A stretch of DNA of 63,892 nt, counting the filler, from Vannella sp. (taxonomy: Eukaryota): the NCBI GenBank assembly GCA_023345925.1. It is 6 parts of 6 records of this genome, joined end to end, with 100 filler letters (N's around TTAATTAATTAA, not from the genome) between each part and the next. Parts side by side here need not be neighbours in the genome. Positions count along the whole stretch, not along the records: positions 33,851 to 42,963 come from JAJQQN010000487.1; positions 43,064 to 58,494 come from JAJQQN010000089.1; 4 more parts are not named here. One strand, written 5' to 3'. The notes under the pieces were generated by a model. It was not told the DNA's origin, searched no databases, and was given only the letters and a program-made list of their open reading frames with translations. The position numbers were made by a program, and so were the translations under genes. Below are positions 34,050-44,439 of the stretch, piece after piece; positions within the stretch are counted from its first letter, which is position 1; every line of letters begins with the position of its first letter.

Positions 34050-37000
34050 ATGAGCTGGAGCCCAACTCACTCTTCCTTTGGATCTGGGCTGGATCTGGAC
34101 CTTGATACGGAGCTGGATGCCAAGTTCATGTTGAATGTGAGTTTGGACGAAGATCCTCTTGAAAAAGAGCTCGAGAAGGAGTGCGAGAAGCGCAAAGCCT
34201 CTGAAACCCAGTGCAAACAGATGGAGAAGGAATTGGAACGCTCACAAGCGCGCTACTCCCACTCTCTCCACGAACTAGTTGGCCTCTCTGAGAAGAATGA
34301 AGCCCTTCAGGCCCAACTGGCCGCTCTCCAGTCCCAACTAGAAGGGCAACAAGACTCCTTTGTACAACAGCAAGCCCTCGTTGCTGAGTTAGAAGCAGAG
34401 ATCGCGACTACCAAGAACCAGAAGGGAGATTCTGCGGATGGGGAACGTCAGTTGGCTGCTTTGCAGCAGCGGATGGAAGCTGAGGCGAAGAATGAGCTTT
34501 CAAAGCAAGCTGAGGCACATAAGTGTGCACTCAAGGAGCACCTGGACTTCCAGGAAGCCGAGATCAGCCGCAAACTGAACCAAACGATACTGTCACTCGA
34601 GCGTAAACTGGAGGAAGTAGAATCCAAGCTCCACCTGCAGTCAGATGATCATCACCTACTCCAAACCATTCAAGAGCACGAGCGCACCATCCAAACACAG
34701 CAACTACGCCTCACCCAACTCGATCAAACCTCCTCAGAAGCCTCCCTCCTCCGCCAGCAGCTTGAAGCCACTGAGGAGGAACTCATGGCCTCAGCAGATA
34801 TCGTCGATCAGTGCCAGAACCAGATGAGGAGCCTCCAAGAGAAGCTTCTCTCCGTCTCAAGCAAACACGAGTCCTTACAAGAGGAGCAAGATCGTCTCCT
34901 TTCCGAGCGCAACGAGCTTGCTCTTACATCAGAAGCATCGCAAGTCACTATCAAGACTCTCATGGAACAGTTAGAGAGTCAAATGGCCGCTTCTAGACGC
35001 CAAGAGGAGGCACATTCGGCTCAACTTGCTTCGCATGAAGCGGCCTCTCACCAGGATACGACTACTTGGGCTCAGAAGCTCAGTCAGAAGGATACAGAAG
35101 TCGAGCAAATGCAGCAAGGCTTCAGCCGTGAGCTGGAAGAGGCGAAAAATAGGTTCTTGGAAGAGATGAAGGTACTAGAAGGGAAGCTCAATACAGCACA
35201 GCAGGACCTTTCAACCTCTCAGGAGAAGCTGAGATCGACTGCACAGGAGCAGGACTCACTCTCTAGTACCATTCAGGAGCTCCGCCAGCAACTAGACGCG
35301 ATGAACCAGCGACATTCGCTTTCAGAAGAGGACAAAGAACGCTTTATTTCGAGTCAGAATGACTGGGAACGACGTCTTAGTCAAGAATCAGCATTAGTTC
35401 ACTCACTACGTGCAGAACTCAAGTCTCTCCAAGAATTGAAAGAGTCTCTTTCACAGCAACTCCAAGAGACAACTTCCCAGGTACTTTTCGCTGAGCAAGC
35501 AGCTTCTCAGACAACGAAAGAGACTGTGAAACAGCTTCAGACTCTAAGAGATCAGTTGGAAACAACAATCACTTCTCGGGAGGAACTGAATAAGTCACTT
35601 GAGACCGAAACTGCCCGCAGAGTCTCCAAGGAAGAAGAGCTTGAAGACCTTCTCCTCAGCTCTGCACAAGCTGAGAAGGAGCTTAAAGCTGTTCAGTCTC
35701 AGTTCTCATCACTTGGCCAACAGTACGAACGAGTTTTGACTGAGCGGGACGAACTTAAAGAGAGATTCAGTCATCTTGAGAACTCATCCTCTGCCCTCTC
35801 GGAGGAGCTTTCTGAGCTTCATCAGCAATCAAGCCAGAAAGAAGAGCTCATTGCAAGCCTCGAAGGTCAGTTGTCAGACTTACGAGAGTCACACGAACAC
35901 AAAACGAAGGAATGGAGAATCCTTAAAGAGTCCTCTGAGGGAGCTTTGGAAGAGAGCCAAGCTTTAGCTGCTACCCATTCAGAGCTCAGCAGATCTTTAG
36001 AAGAGGCACAGCTCGCAAAGGAGGCTCTGAAAGAGAAGAGCGACCAACTCGAAGTGAGTTTAGCTTCGCTCCAAAAGCAATTAGAAGAGTCCTTGGGCCA
36101 CTTAGAAGCTTCCAAATCACAAGATACTCAGACGCAACAACACTTAACCTCAGCCATGGCTCTGGTAGATGCAAGTGAGGAAGAAATAAGCCTTCTCACA
36201 GGGAAGCTGGAACGTTCAGTCGAGATCGAGAGCCAGTTGCGAGAGCAACTGGCCCAACTTGAAGCTGAATCATTGGAGCAAGTTCAAGGTCTCCGAGTTG
36301 AACTATCAGCACTCACTGTCAGCCAAAAAGAACTGACAGAATCGCTGTCTTTGAAAGAACCGGAACTCGACACTCTCCGCGCTTCCTCTAAGGAACTGCA
36401 ATCTCACTTGGATGAGTTGAATCTTCGCTATCAAGAGCTTCTTACTTCAACAGAAACACTGAGCGTTGCAAACAAGGGAAAAGACGAACTTTTGCAACAA
36501 CTTGGTGAATCACTCGCTTCTCAAAAGGAGGTCTCAGATCAAGAGACTGCCGTTTTGCAATTACAAGTATCTACCCTGGAGGGTCAACTTCATGATACCC
36601 AAGGATTGGTCACATCCCTAACTCTAACACTCGAGAACGCACTCAAAGAGCAAGCCGAAACTTCCCAAATTGAACACACTCAACAGATCGAAGATCTCCA
36701 AAGCAACCTTCACTCTTTGACTGAAGAACGCGAGAGACTGAGGGAAACCCTGAACCATCTCGAAAGCGCTCAAGAAAAGAGTCTGACTGAATTGAAAGAA
36801 AAGGTGAACGAACTCACAGAGACTTTAACGAACTCTCAAGCTGAAGTGGCGTCTCTCTGCCAAGAGAAAGATTGTTTGTTATCCAGTCACGAAGAGACAG
36901 CCGACAAACTACAACAAGCTTTGGAGAGGACCAACCAAGCGGCTTTGGAGAAGCAAGAGACCATTGCTTCTCTCGAATCAGTCCAATTAGAGACCAGCCA

Positions 37001-37439
37001 ACTTGCAGAGAGATACCGTCTAGCGCAAGAGACCCTGGAAAGTATGAATGAGCAACTGGAAAACGCAACGCAACGCGCCACACAAGCAGAAACCGAAATG
37101 GAAGTTCTTCAGCAGCAGATCCAAAGCAACATCAAAGAGTCCCCTGACAGCGAGGATGAGGATGCCGCTGGAGAACTCCAAGAGCTCAGAGAGGAAATGG
37201 AGAGCAAAGACGAGGAGATTGCGGAATACGTTCTCCGACTGGACGAGCTTGTCAACAAGAACCGTGCCTTGGAGAGTCAAGTGCGCTCTCTCTCCATGAA
37301 GGTAAAGCAAGCTGCCAAGTCACATGCACTCAAACCCTCCGCTTCATTCGGTGACGAGAACCATCCCAGCGCCGCCATTCTCCATCCAAAGCTGACTAAG
37401 AAGCCTCTGGCACCACTCAGCGCTGTCCCCCTCTCTTAA
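34050..37439 (+). CDS. Long coiled-coil protein (1129 aa), function unknown
   Basis: Intronless E/Q/L/S-rich heptad pattern throughout; no globular domain visible. Confidence 0.9.
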   Translation: MSWSPTHSSFGSGLDLDLDTELDAKFMLNVSLDEDPLEKELEKECEKRKASETQCKQMEKELERSQARYSHSLHELVGLSEKNEALQAQLAALQSQLEGQQDSFVQQQALVAELEAEIATTKNQKGDSADGERQLAALQQRMEAEAKNELSKQAEAHKCALKEHLDFQEAEISRKLNQTILSLERKLEEVESKLHLQSDDHHLLQTIQEHERTIQTQQLRLTQLDQTSSEASLLRQQLEATEEELMASADIVDQCQNQMRSLQEKLLSVSSKHESLQEEQDRLLSERNELALTSEASQVTIKTLMEQLESQMAASRRQEEAHSAQLASHEAASHQDTTTWAQKLSQKDTEVEQMQQGFSRELEEAKNRFLEEMKVLEGKLNTAQQDLSTSQEKLRSTAQEQDSLSSTIQELRQQLDAMNQRHSLSEEDKERFISSQNDWERRLSQESALVHSLRAELKSLQELKESLSQQLQETTSQVLFAEQAASQTTKETVKQLQTLRDQLETTITSREELNKSLETETARRVSKEEELEDLLLSSAQAEKELKAVQSQFSSLGQQYERVLTERDELKERFSHLENSSSALSEELSELHQQSSQKEELIASLEGQLSDLRESHEHKTKEWRILKESSEGALEESQALAATHSELSRSLEEAQLAKEALKEKSDQLEVSLASLQKQLEESLGHLEASKSQDTQTQQHLTSAMALVDASEEEISLLTGKLERSVEIESQLREQLAQLEAESLEQVQGLRVELSALTVSQKELTESLSLKEPELDTLRASSKELQSHLDELNLRYQELLTSTETLSVANKGKDELLQQLGESLASQKEVSDQETAVLQLQVSTLEGQLHDTQGLVTSLTLTLENALKEQAETSQIEHTQQIEDLQSNLHSLTEERERLRETLNHLESAQEKSLTELKEKVNELTETLTNSQAEVASLCQEKDCLLSSHEETADKLQQALERTNQAALEKQETIASLESVQLETSQLAERYRLAQETLESMNEQLENATQRATQAETEMEVLQQQIQSNIKESPDSEDEDAAGELQELREEMESKDEEIAEYVLRLDELVNKNRALESQVRSLSMKVKQAAKSHALKPSASFGDENHPSAAILHPKLTKKPLAPLSAVPLS

Positions 37440-37626
37440 AACCCACCTTTGACCCTCTCTACCACTCCCCAGCCCTCGCTACTGACCAAACCGCTTCGAG
37501 TTGGCGGCATTCCTCGGATAGCTGGAAAGAGAGCGGACGGGCGCTTACATGAAGGAGGGAGCAGTTTGAATGGATGTATGAGAAGGCTGTGAGGTGGACT
37601 GGAGCCTGTTTGGGCCATTTTTTGGG

Positions 37627-39683
37627 ATGCTGAAGGGGAACGGGTCTGGGTGGCGCCAGATCGTCTTGTTCTGGAGGGAATCGGACGTTTCTGACCGTGA
37701 CAGAGTGATTCTCACTCCTTTCAATCAGTGGAGGAAGTACAGGCACTTCCCTCTGCCCATTATCTTGCACTTCTTCATTGTCGTCCTCGTTAGCTCTCAG
37801 GTAGGGGACGAGGAAGTGCTTTTGGCTATTTGGATTGACTTGGGGTAGGCATTGATGTATGCCAATGAGTTTGTAGCGTACAACAGTGCCAACGAGTCGA
37901 CCTTTCAGACTCTGTTCCTCCCCTTGGAGTTCCGCGAGGGCCTCTTTGCCATTAACGACTTTGTTGACCTTCTGCAGTACATTGTAGATAACGTAGGTTC
38001 TATTCTCTACTCCATGTCTTGTCCAGAGAGCCTCCTCCTACCCCACAGACTGTCCACAGACTCACCTACTCTCAGTACTACGCCTTTCCAGAGTACTCCG
38101 TGGGGCGCTACGCTTTCATGTTCAACTCAACTACCAACGAAGTAGAGCCTATTGTAATGACTATCACACGCTACGAGCAGCTCTACGGACCCTTCTGGAA
38201 TCACACATTCCTCAATCCCTCCCACCAGATCGACGACGAAGACTTTGACGGGGACTTTGACCTTGTATCCAGTAGGCTCTCATCTCTCCTTCTTCTGTCT
38301 GTCGTGCTCAAGGCTAACACCGAACGCCAGACCGATATCTTTTGACCCAAGACGACCCAATCGCCATCTTTGACGTGTCAGAACGCAACTTTGAGCTCCA
38401 AAACATCTTTTACTACCTCCAAGAGATCAGGTTGGACTTCTCCTTCCGTGGCATCAACGTAGGCTCGTTTGCGGCGCTTCCTTTCATTTGGGACATTTCT
38501 TTGGTTTTCCGGATTAACGGCGGAATGATTACTCCCAAGATCTACGTGGAGTTCCGTGTGATACATACTTCTGGTGTGTCGGGATTGGACGTGTTCACTT
38601 CTATGAACGTGGTGTTACTGTTTATGTGCGGACTTTCTGCATTCCTCAGCGTTAAGGGTCTTTGGCATAACTCCCATGTCTATCAGGTGCGTTGCCTGTC
38701 GATCTTTAGGTGGGACTGACAAGGAGCAGAGAACCAAATCACAATATCTCGCACATTCTGTGATGGCCCTTCCAAGTGACATTTATCCGAACTGGAAATC
38801 GATTCCTTTCCGTGTGAAAGCGTCATTCTTTAGTATGTGGAGCATATTCAACATTATCTCTAGTATTGCTGTGATTGCAGGGAGTCTGCTGGGTCTCTCG
38901 GAAGAGCTTGGAGCCCACACAAGTTCCGAGTACTACATAGTCTTCGGTCTCGGCGCCTTCCTCAGCTCAGTGAATATGATTCGCTACTTTGAGTACAACA
39001 AGAAGTTCTTTTTGCACATTGAAACTCTGCGGAACGCTTCGGGGCACATCATCAGTTACCTGATCTCTGTGACACCCATTTACTGGGGTTATGCCATCTT
39101 TGGAGTCTTGAACTTTGGCCCTTATTCATGGAAGTTTGCTACCCTCGATGATGCTTCTGTCACGCTCTTTGCCCTGCTAACAGGAGACGACATTCACCAA
39201 ACCTTCAAGGATATTGTGGACGCTTCCTACCCTGTCCCTTGGGTGTCCCGCGTTTACATCTACACCTTTGTCATTATCTTCATCACCACTGTACTGAATG
39301 TCTGCATCTTCATCATTGAAGATGCTTACGTTCTGGCCAAGGTGGCTCTGGGGATATATGGAGATAGCGGAGGGCGTGTCCGCCAAGAGTTAACCTCCGT
39401 CGAGTCCCTCCGAGCCATCTTCACCAACTTGGATACTTGGAAAGAGCGAATAGAAATGAGAGATAGTCCCGCCCCTGACACTGAGGTCGAATTCAAGCAA
39501 AACGAACTTCCGGATGACGTTGATGTGGACTCACAACTTCAAAGGCTCCATCCCGGTCTGGCCGCCCTTATTGCAGAGAACCAAGCTGAGTTCTTCCGTG
39601 AATGTCAAACCCAAATAGCTGCTTCACGTCAACGCTTCGAAGCCAAACTCAAAAGAGACATTTTGCAAGCCCTCCAACAGTGA
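37627..39683 (+). CDS. MCOLN: Mucolipin (TRPML) cation channel
   Basis: LTPFNQWRKYRHFP + TM1, large luminal loop, IRYFEY, PIYWGYAIFG, pore LFALLTGDDIHQTF, SRVYIYTFV..LNVCIFIIEDAY. Multi-exon, start approximate. Confidence 0.9.
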
Positions 39684-39794
39684 ACGAGAGCCAAAGAGGA
39701 CAGAGACAAGCAGCATAACGTAAAATAGATATAATCTTGCTCACGATAAACACTCTTTCAATCACTAAAGCGCAGCCTAAGCTGCCAGTCTCAC

Positions 39795-41282
39795 TCAGAG
39801 ACGGTAAGAATGTCGGCGGTCGCTCTTGAACAAACTCGCCAATTGGAAGATAAGAAGAACTACGCTCAAGATTAACATGAGAATCGTAGTCCAGCTCAAA
39901 GAAGGAGCAGTGAGAACGGATATTTGGATGTCAATGGCCTCAGCAACAGTCTTTTGGTCCCGCAAGAGAGACAAGAGACTCGAGTGAACGTTCTTCAGGA
40001 CTTCGTTCATCTTCTTGAGCGTTTTCTCGGGCTGTTGAGTATCCGTTCCAAGAGCTGCTACTTTCTCCCGAAGTCGAGAAAGGTTCGTAGTGCCCTCATC
40101 CAACGCACTCCGTAGAATTTGAATTTCCTGCTTGCGTTGAAGAAGTTCCTGAGCGACTGGCTCCATGGCCGTGGTCATTGTGCCAAGAGATTCAGTGATA
40201 GAGGCCTTCATCTTCCCCAGGTCGCTGCCCATCGTCTCTGCCAGCCCTTCCAGACCCTCAATGGCCTCTTGAAAGCCCAGTAGATTGACACAATTCGCTT
40301 GTAGGACGCACGCTGAGTCGTAATCAGCGTTAGCAAGGGTCTTGGCCTTCTTGATAATGTCCTTAGGGGGTCTGTACATCTCCACTGCGGTCGTCTCCAA
40401 GGAAGAGACCGCCAACGAGAGGACATCGTGATGATCTGCCTTTGATCAGCCCTTTCCCTGCTTCCATTTGGTCTCTGCCTTACCTGAGTATCCTCCAGTA
40501 GCTGCTGACACAGAAAAGTGATAGCTGGAAGGCATCTGGATCGTCACTGGACCGGCACAAGGCTTCCAGTCTCCATTGCCCCGCGCATCCACAAGTAACT
40601 TCAAAGACCGTTAGTTTCCAGCCTCCAGAGTCTGGGAGCACGTACAGTAACCTTCTCCTTATCGATAAACAGGTGAATGAAGGACTGTTCGCTGTTGCGG
40701 TAGTCAGCAAAGCAGCCGCCGATGTAGGTGGAAGCGCCATCATGTGCGAACTCGAACTGCTTCGCGCCATCATTGTGGTGGAGCATGATGAAGGGATGAG
40801 GGTCCTTGCCGTTGTTGTCGTACGTGTCCATGATCACTGCCAGACCATTCCACTTGATGGGGCCCCCAAAGGCAGTTCCAATGTTGGTCTGTGGGCTCTC
40901 TGTCATCCAAAAGGCCATTCCATCCGCTCCAATACTTTCAGGTGAGTGGATGCGGAACCCAAAGGTCAACTCCACAGTCTTCCCGCGGTAAGGGACGGAG
41001 TTGGACATGATTCCACGTTGTCCCTTCACGTTGTCTGTCAAACGAACAAAAGAGTCGGTAGTTGAGTGAACTATCTTCGTACTCCACTCTGCAAACGTGT
41101 CTGCTCCCGCAGTCAGCGAGAGTTCCAACAGCGCACCTCCCCTCCTCCCTCCTACCTGCTTGAAACGGGGCCTTGAAGGATATCCCAGCTACTGGATGTC
41201 CTACTTGATGATCCCCAGAAGCCACGACACTCAAAGCTACAAGTCCCAGCAGGAGGAGCGCCAGAGACCACCCCCAGCGCAT
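39795..41282 (-). CDS. L-type lectin cargo receptor (ERGIC-53/VIP36 family)
   Basis: Signal peptide; SFKAPF; VRLTD, GADGMAFW, FGGP..WNGLAVIMDTYDN; coiled-coil stalk; C-terminal TM and short tail. Confidence 0.9.
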
Positions 41283-41370
41283 GAAGGAGCCACCAAATGG
41301 CCTTTAAGCGGTCCGTTTTCTAGTGTTAAGCGTCATTGAACCAAGTTTGAAGGTGCTGAATGAGTCATAC

Positions 41371-42859
41371 TCAAGCGAGCGGGCTTTTAGAGAGGATGGC
41401 AGCCTCGATCTCGTCCACTTCTTTGGGGATGTTGCGGGTGATGACGAGGGGCGCCCCATCTCGTATGAGGACGTCGTCTTCAATGCGAATGCCGATGTTG
41501 TGGTACTTGGGGTCGATGTGAGGGCATTCGGGGATGTAAAGGCCCGGTTCGATGGTAACGTAGTTCCCCGCTCTCAGTTTCTCGTGCGAGGAGAAGCTTT
41601 GCGTGTCATGGACGTCCATTCCCAAGTAGTGGCCAATAGAGTGTGGGTAGAAGCGATGGTAGTCGTCGTTATGGCGGTTCAGGATGCCCAAAGAACGCAT
41701 GTGCTCTGTCAATAAGCGAACGGAAAGGGAATGGATCTGATTCAACGAGCGTCCTTTCTGACATAGCTGTTGCAGAGTGTGTTAGAAGTGCCTCTACAGG
41801 GGAATGGACTCACTTCGATGCATTGCTTTTGGACATCGAGGACGGCGTTGTAAAGTTCTTTCTGTGCGGGAGAGAAGCGTCCATTTACTGGCCATGTACG
41901 TGACACATCACTTGAGAAGCAGTGAAGTTCACATCCTCCATCGACAAGAACCATCTCTCCATCGCGAATGGGCAAGTTGTTCGTGATGTAGTGCAAAGTG
42001 TTGGCTCTCCCTCCTCCTGCCACCACTGGTGGATACGCCAGTCGTTGCGCTCCTCTACGTCGGCACTCCCATTCTAACTCTGCACTCAAGACGTGCTCGT
42101 TGATATCCGGACGGGAGCTGCGCATGATGGCGCGGAACCCAGACTCCGAGATATCAGCGGCTTTCTGAGCCAACTCGATCTCGTTGGGTGACTTAGTGAA
42201 GCGGAGTGTTTCCAGGAAGGCCTTCGCGTTCTGCACGGGGAGCCCTGATGGAAGGGGAGGGAAATCGGTGGGCTTCTTATCGATCAAGACCAAGGACTTG
42301 TGCGAGACGATACTGGAGATGTAGCTGCCCAATGCATGAAGATCGTAGCTCTCTGTTGCCCCGTATTCGTGCGCCCCGTCCTTTCCCACGCGTTTGCCGT
42401 CCCACATCTCTTTGGTTGGGTCTTTCGGAAGCATGAAGAGGACGAATTTGGTCTCCTCTGCCTTATCTACAGAGGTGTGAGACAACTACTAGGTGGATCA
42501 GCGAGCATACCAATCAGGAGAACCGCATCTGGTTCTTCCAGTCCGGTGAGGTAGTAAAAGTTAGTGTTCTGGCGAAAGGGATACCTGGATGCCCTTGTGA
42601 GACTAAGGTTTGGAAGGAAGCATCACCATTCTCACGGTATGTCGTTCGACATGTACGTGGTGCTAGAAGCGGACAGGATGGTGACGGAATCGGCTGGAAG
42701 AGCGGAAGAGAGCTTTCTCCGCCTCATTGCTTCGTCCTCGAACTGTCCTGACCACCTCTCCTCGCCTATTTGCCAGTTAGATCTGAGAACTGACCCACCA
42801 GACAGCCTACGTGTTTCTCTTGATGGCACCCTCGACAACACCCTCCACCCCGCCCTCAT
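41371..42859 (-). CDS. XPNPEP3: Mitochondrial Xaa-Pro aminopeptidase 3 / intermediate cleaving peptidase 55
   Basis: Presequence; MSNDIP-YPFRQNTNFYYLTG; AYPPVVAGG.RANTLHY; LVDGGCE..SDVSRTWP; PHSIGHYLGMDVHD; TIEPGLY; GIRIEDD. Confidence 0.94.
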
Positions 42860-42963
42860 CTTCGATTAAATGTCAGAGGAAAAGTTCAAAGAGAAAGCAG
42901 GAAGCGAACGATGCTTCACGGAAACAATCTGATCATCGTCATCTGCGGGTTCTTTTAAAATCG

Positions 42964-43063
42964 NNNNNNNNNNNNNNNNNNNNNNNNNNNNNNNNNNNNN
43001 NNNNNNNTTAATTAATTAANNNNNNNNNNNNNNNNNNNNNNNNNNNNNNNNNNNNNNNNNNNN
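42964..43063. other. Artificial contig-joining spacer
   Basis: N44-TTAATTAATTAA-N44. Confidence 0.98.
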
Positions 43064-43544
43064 TTAACACCTTCAGGGAATGCGCCATGCAAGTAAGAGA
43101 GAAGCAAACAGGTCTTCCCCACCCCCCTGTCCCCCAAGACAACACACTGCACGTGTTGCATGGCCCATTTGCATGGGCCATTTAGAGATGCTTCTCAGCT
43201 CAAAGAGCTTCGAATTACCCTTCGCCAACCTGCTAAATCGTCTTTGGGGTATTTGTGCCATTCATTGGATGCGAGAGAAGTCACTCGTGGATTTTCTCAG
43301 GGCTTTCCACTCGCTCCTTCTCTTCCCCTCGAAGGGGCCTTTTGGGAACAACAGCGAGGGTCGATTCACCAGGAAGGTTGGATGGCCTTGGTGGAAAGCT
43401 GTGATGTGGTCCGTGGAGCCGTCGGACGTTGGTGAAGACCCTTTCACAAACGAGGATTTCAAAAGTGGGGACAAAAGCTAACGAAAGGGTCCATTTGGGA
43501 TCATTCTCTGAGTTACAAAAAGTTCTTTTTCTGAGGCCGAGCTG

Positions 43545-44412
43545 ATGACCTTCATCCACTTGGTGAACTGTTTGGCTCTGGCTTTAGGCCCAGTCGTGGC
43601 TGTGTACTGGGCAAAGAAGCTGAAGGACATCCGACCTATCTTGTGGGTGGTCCTGTACTACTTGCTGTCGCAGGTAGCGAAGGTGCGCAGACGGGGAGGG
43701 TGGTAGGGCTCTGCTGAATGGTGGTGTGCAGCTGTTCTTTGTGGCATCCTTTGTCCCGAGCATGTCAGAGGAAGACGTGAATTTCCATTGGGCACAAGAA
43801 CTAATGGTCGCCTACATCAGCACAGCCGACATCGCTGCGCTGTACCTTCTCCTCTGGAAAACGCGAACCACTCAAACACAGATCCTTAACATCGCCTTGG
43901 GTGTGTTACCAACTCTCACAGGGGCCTTCGTTTGACTGATCTAATGCAGGTTGCACCGGAACCGAGGTGATCCTCGAGCGGTTCACTCCATTGTGGATCG
44001 GCGCTCGAGCTGTGGAGTTCCGATGGGACTACACTCTCTTGGCTCTGGGTAGCTCTATCAGCTTGGTACGTCTCTCATGTGATAGAAGGGTCTGACTGGG
44101 ATAGTTCTACTTCTGCTCTTTGGCTCGCTTTGTTTGGTTGTGGACCCGCTCGGATCTCGTCCCTTCCGTTCGTTCTCTGGTTCTCTCTTCCCTTGTGTTC
44201 AACTGTCTGATCCCTTTGATCTACAAGTGAGTTGCTCCTGCGAGGTGATCGCGCTGGTCTGACAAGAGGTTACTTCCAGGTACATTCACATGAACTTGGA
44301 GGTCAGCCTCGCCTCCATGGTCTTGGTCAAGGCACTGCTGACAGCTGTGCTGTACCTGGTCAGTGGCAGTCTTGTAAGTGGCTATGAAGCTAGCAAGCTG
44401 AAGAACAGATAA
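43545..44412 (+). CDS. TMEM147: TMEM147 (BOS/multipass translocon subunit), multi-exon, mostly missed by the ORF track
   Basis: MTFIHLVNCLALALGP; Q.AK|LFFVASF; PLWIGARAVEFRWDY; ends in KLKNR (KxKxx ER retrieval). Confidence 0.85.
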
Positions 44413-44439
44413 AGCGAGGTGCCAGCAAGTGAGACCGCT

